The notes beneath the pieces were generated by a model. It had not been told where the DNA came from. It did no database searches and saw only the letters and a list, made by a program, of their open reading frames with translations. Shown here in pieces: positions 21,594 to 21,852 of a stretch of 21,852 nt of DNA; position 1 is the first letter of the stretch; each line of letters starts with the position of its first letter. The translations under genes and the position numbers were made by a program. The DNA is taken from assembly GCA_964463155.1 (NCBI GenBank), contig CAYXAY010000011.1, positions 1 to 21,852 on the forward strand, read 5' to 3'. The stretch is from an uncultured archaeon. GTDB taxonomy: Archaea > Iainarchaeota > Iainarchaeia > Iainarchaeales > CSSED10-239.

Positions 21594-21852
21594 ATGATAA
21601 ATATATTACAACCAACATCTTTTAATAGTTTCTATAAGCAAGTTGAACGAGTTTTTAGCGAAGTTAGACTGCCTTTTCTTTTTTCTAAGTACTCTAACAA
21701 GCTTTACAATAATTTTGTTCATGTATATTTGTTGATTTTAAAAGAACGACACAAATGTTCTTATCGTCGTTTAACGGAATTGTTAAACGACATAACTGTT
21801 TTAAGATTGCTTGGAATCCAGAAGCAACCACACTTCACAACTCTGCAAAAGG
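21594..21852 (+). CDS. N-terminal fragment of an IS4/IS5-superfamily DDE transposase (continues beyond the window)
   Basis: The ATG at 21594 is preceded by an in-frame TGA at 21585-21587, and the frame stays open to the window end. The translation is MINILQPTSFNSFYKQVERVFSEVRLPFLFSKYSNKLYNNFVHVYLLILKERHKCSYRRLTELLNDITVLRLLGIQKQPHFTTLQK. Its SYRRLTELL...LRLLGI...PHFTTLQK block resembles the InsH-type N-terminal (DUF772-like) transposase domain. It is absent from the ORF track because it has no stop. Confidence 0.55.
   Translation, partial: MINILQPTSFNSFYKQVERVFSEVRLPFLFSKYSNKLYNNFVHVYLLILKERHKCSYRRLTELLNDITVLRLLGIQKQPHFTTLQK

Noticed and set aside
1-21852. CRISPR arrays, rRNA genes, integrases and prophage-like blocks
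   Set aside because: I saw no regularly spaced direct repeats, no rRNA-like conserved segments, and no integrase or recombinase ORF next to the tRNA gene anywhere in the window.

Overview
This is a visibly AT-rich, tightly packed archaeal chromosome segment. The archaeal markers are Alba, ribosomal protein L44e (eL42), NurA, a HerA-type ATPase, a tRNA-Trp with a bulge-helix-bulge intron, and GGTGAT-like Shine-Dalgarno motifs. The compact gene packing and gene content suggest a small-genome DPANN-type archaeon, but that is inference only. I call about 25 protein genes. Housekeeping genes are nth, htpX, sufS, rpl44e, albA and trxB. DNA-end-processing genes are nurA, a small MBL/beta-CASP exonuclease and a HerA-like ATPase. 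There are also a COG1373-type AAA ATPase, a secreted beta-propeller protein, a type IV pilus/secretion-family ATPase, and two type II toxin-antitoxin modules (RHH + RelE/ParE; PIN + RHH-UPF0175). The 5' end of an IS4/IS5-like transposase runs off the right edge. One RNA gene is present: tRNA-Trp(CCA) with a 90-nt canonical-position intron. The most unusual items are: (1) a 486-aa family-B DNA polymerase relic that lacks the exonuclease and thumb regions and has a destroyed motif C; (2) a polytopic membrane protein translationally coupled to a HerA/FtsK-type ATPase that has almost no HAS-barrel; (3) nurA as the third gene of an RHH-RelE operon, unlinked from herA/mre11/rad50; (4) the structured tRNA-Trp intron, which is complementary to its own 3' exon. 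No CRISPR array or rRNA was seen. All functional calls rest on motif recognition by eye, with comparator sequences recalled from memory. None has been verified by a database search.
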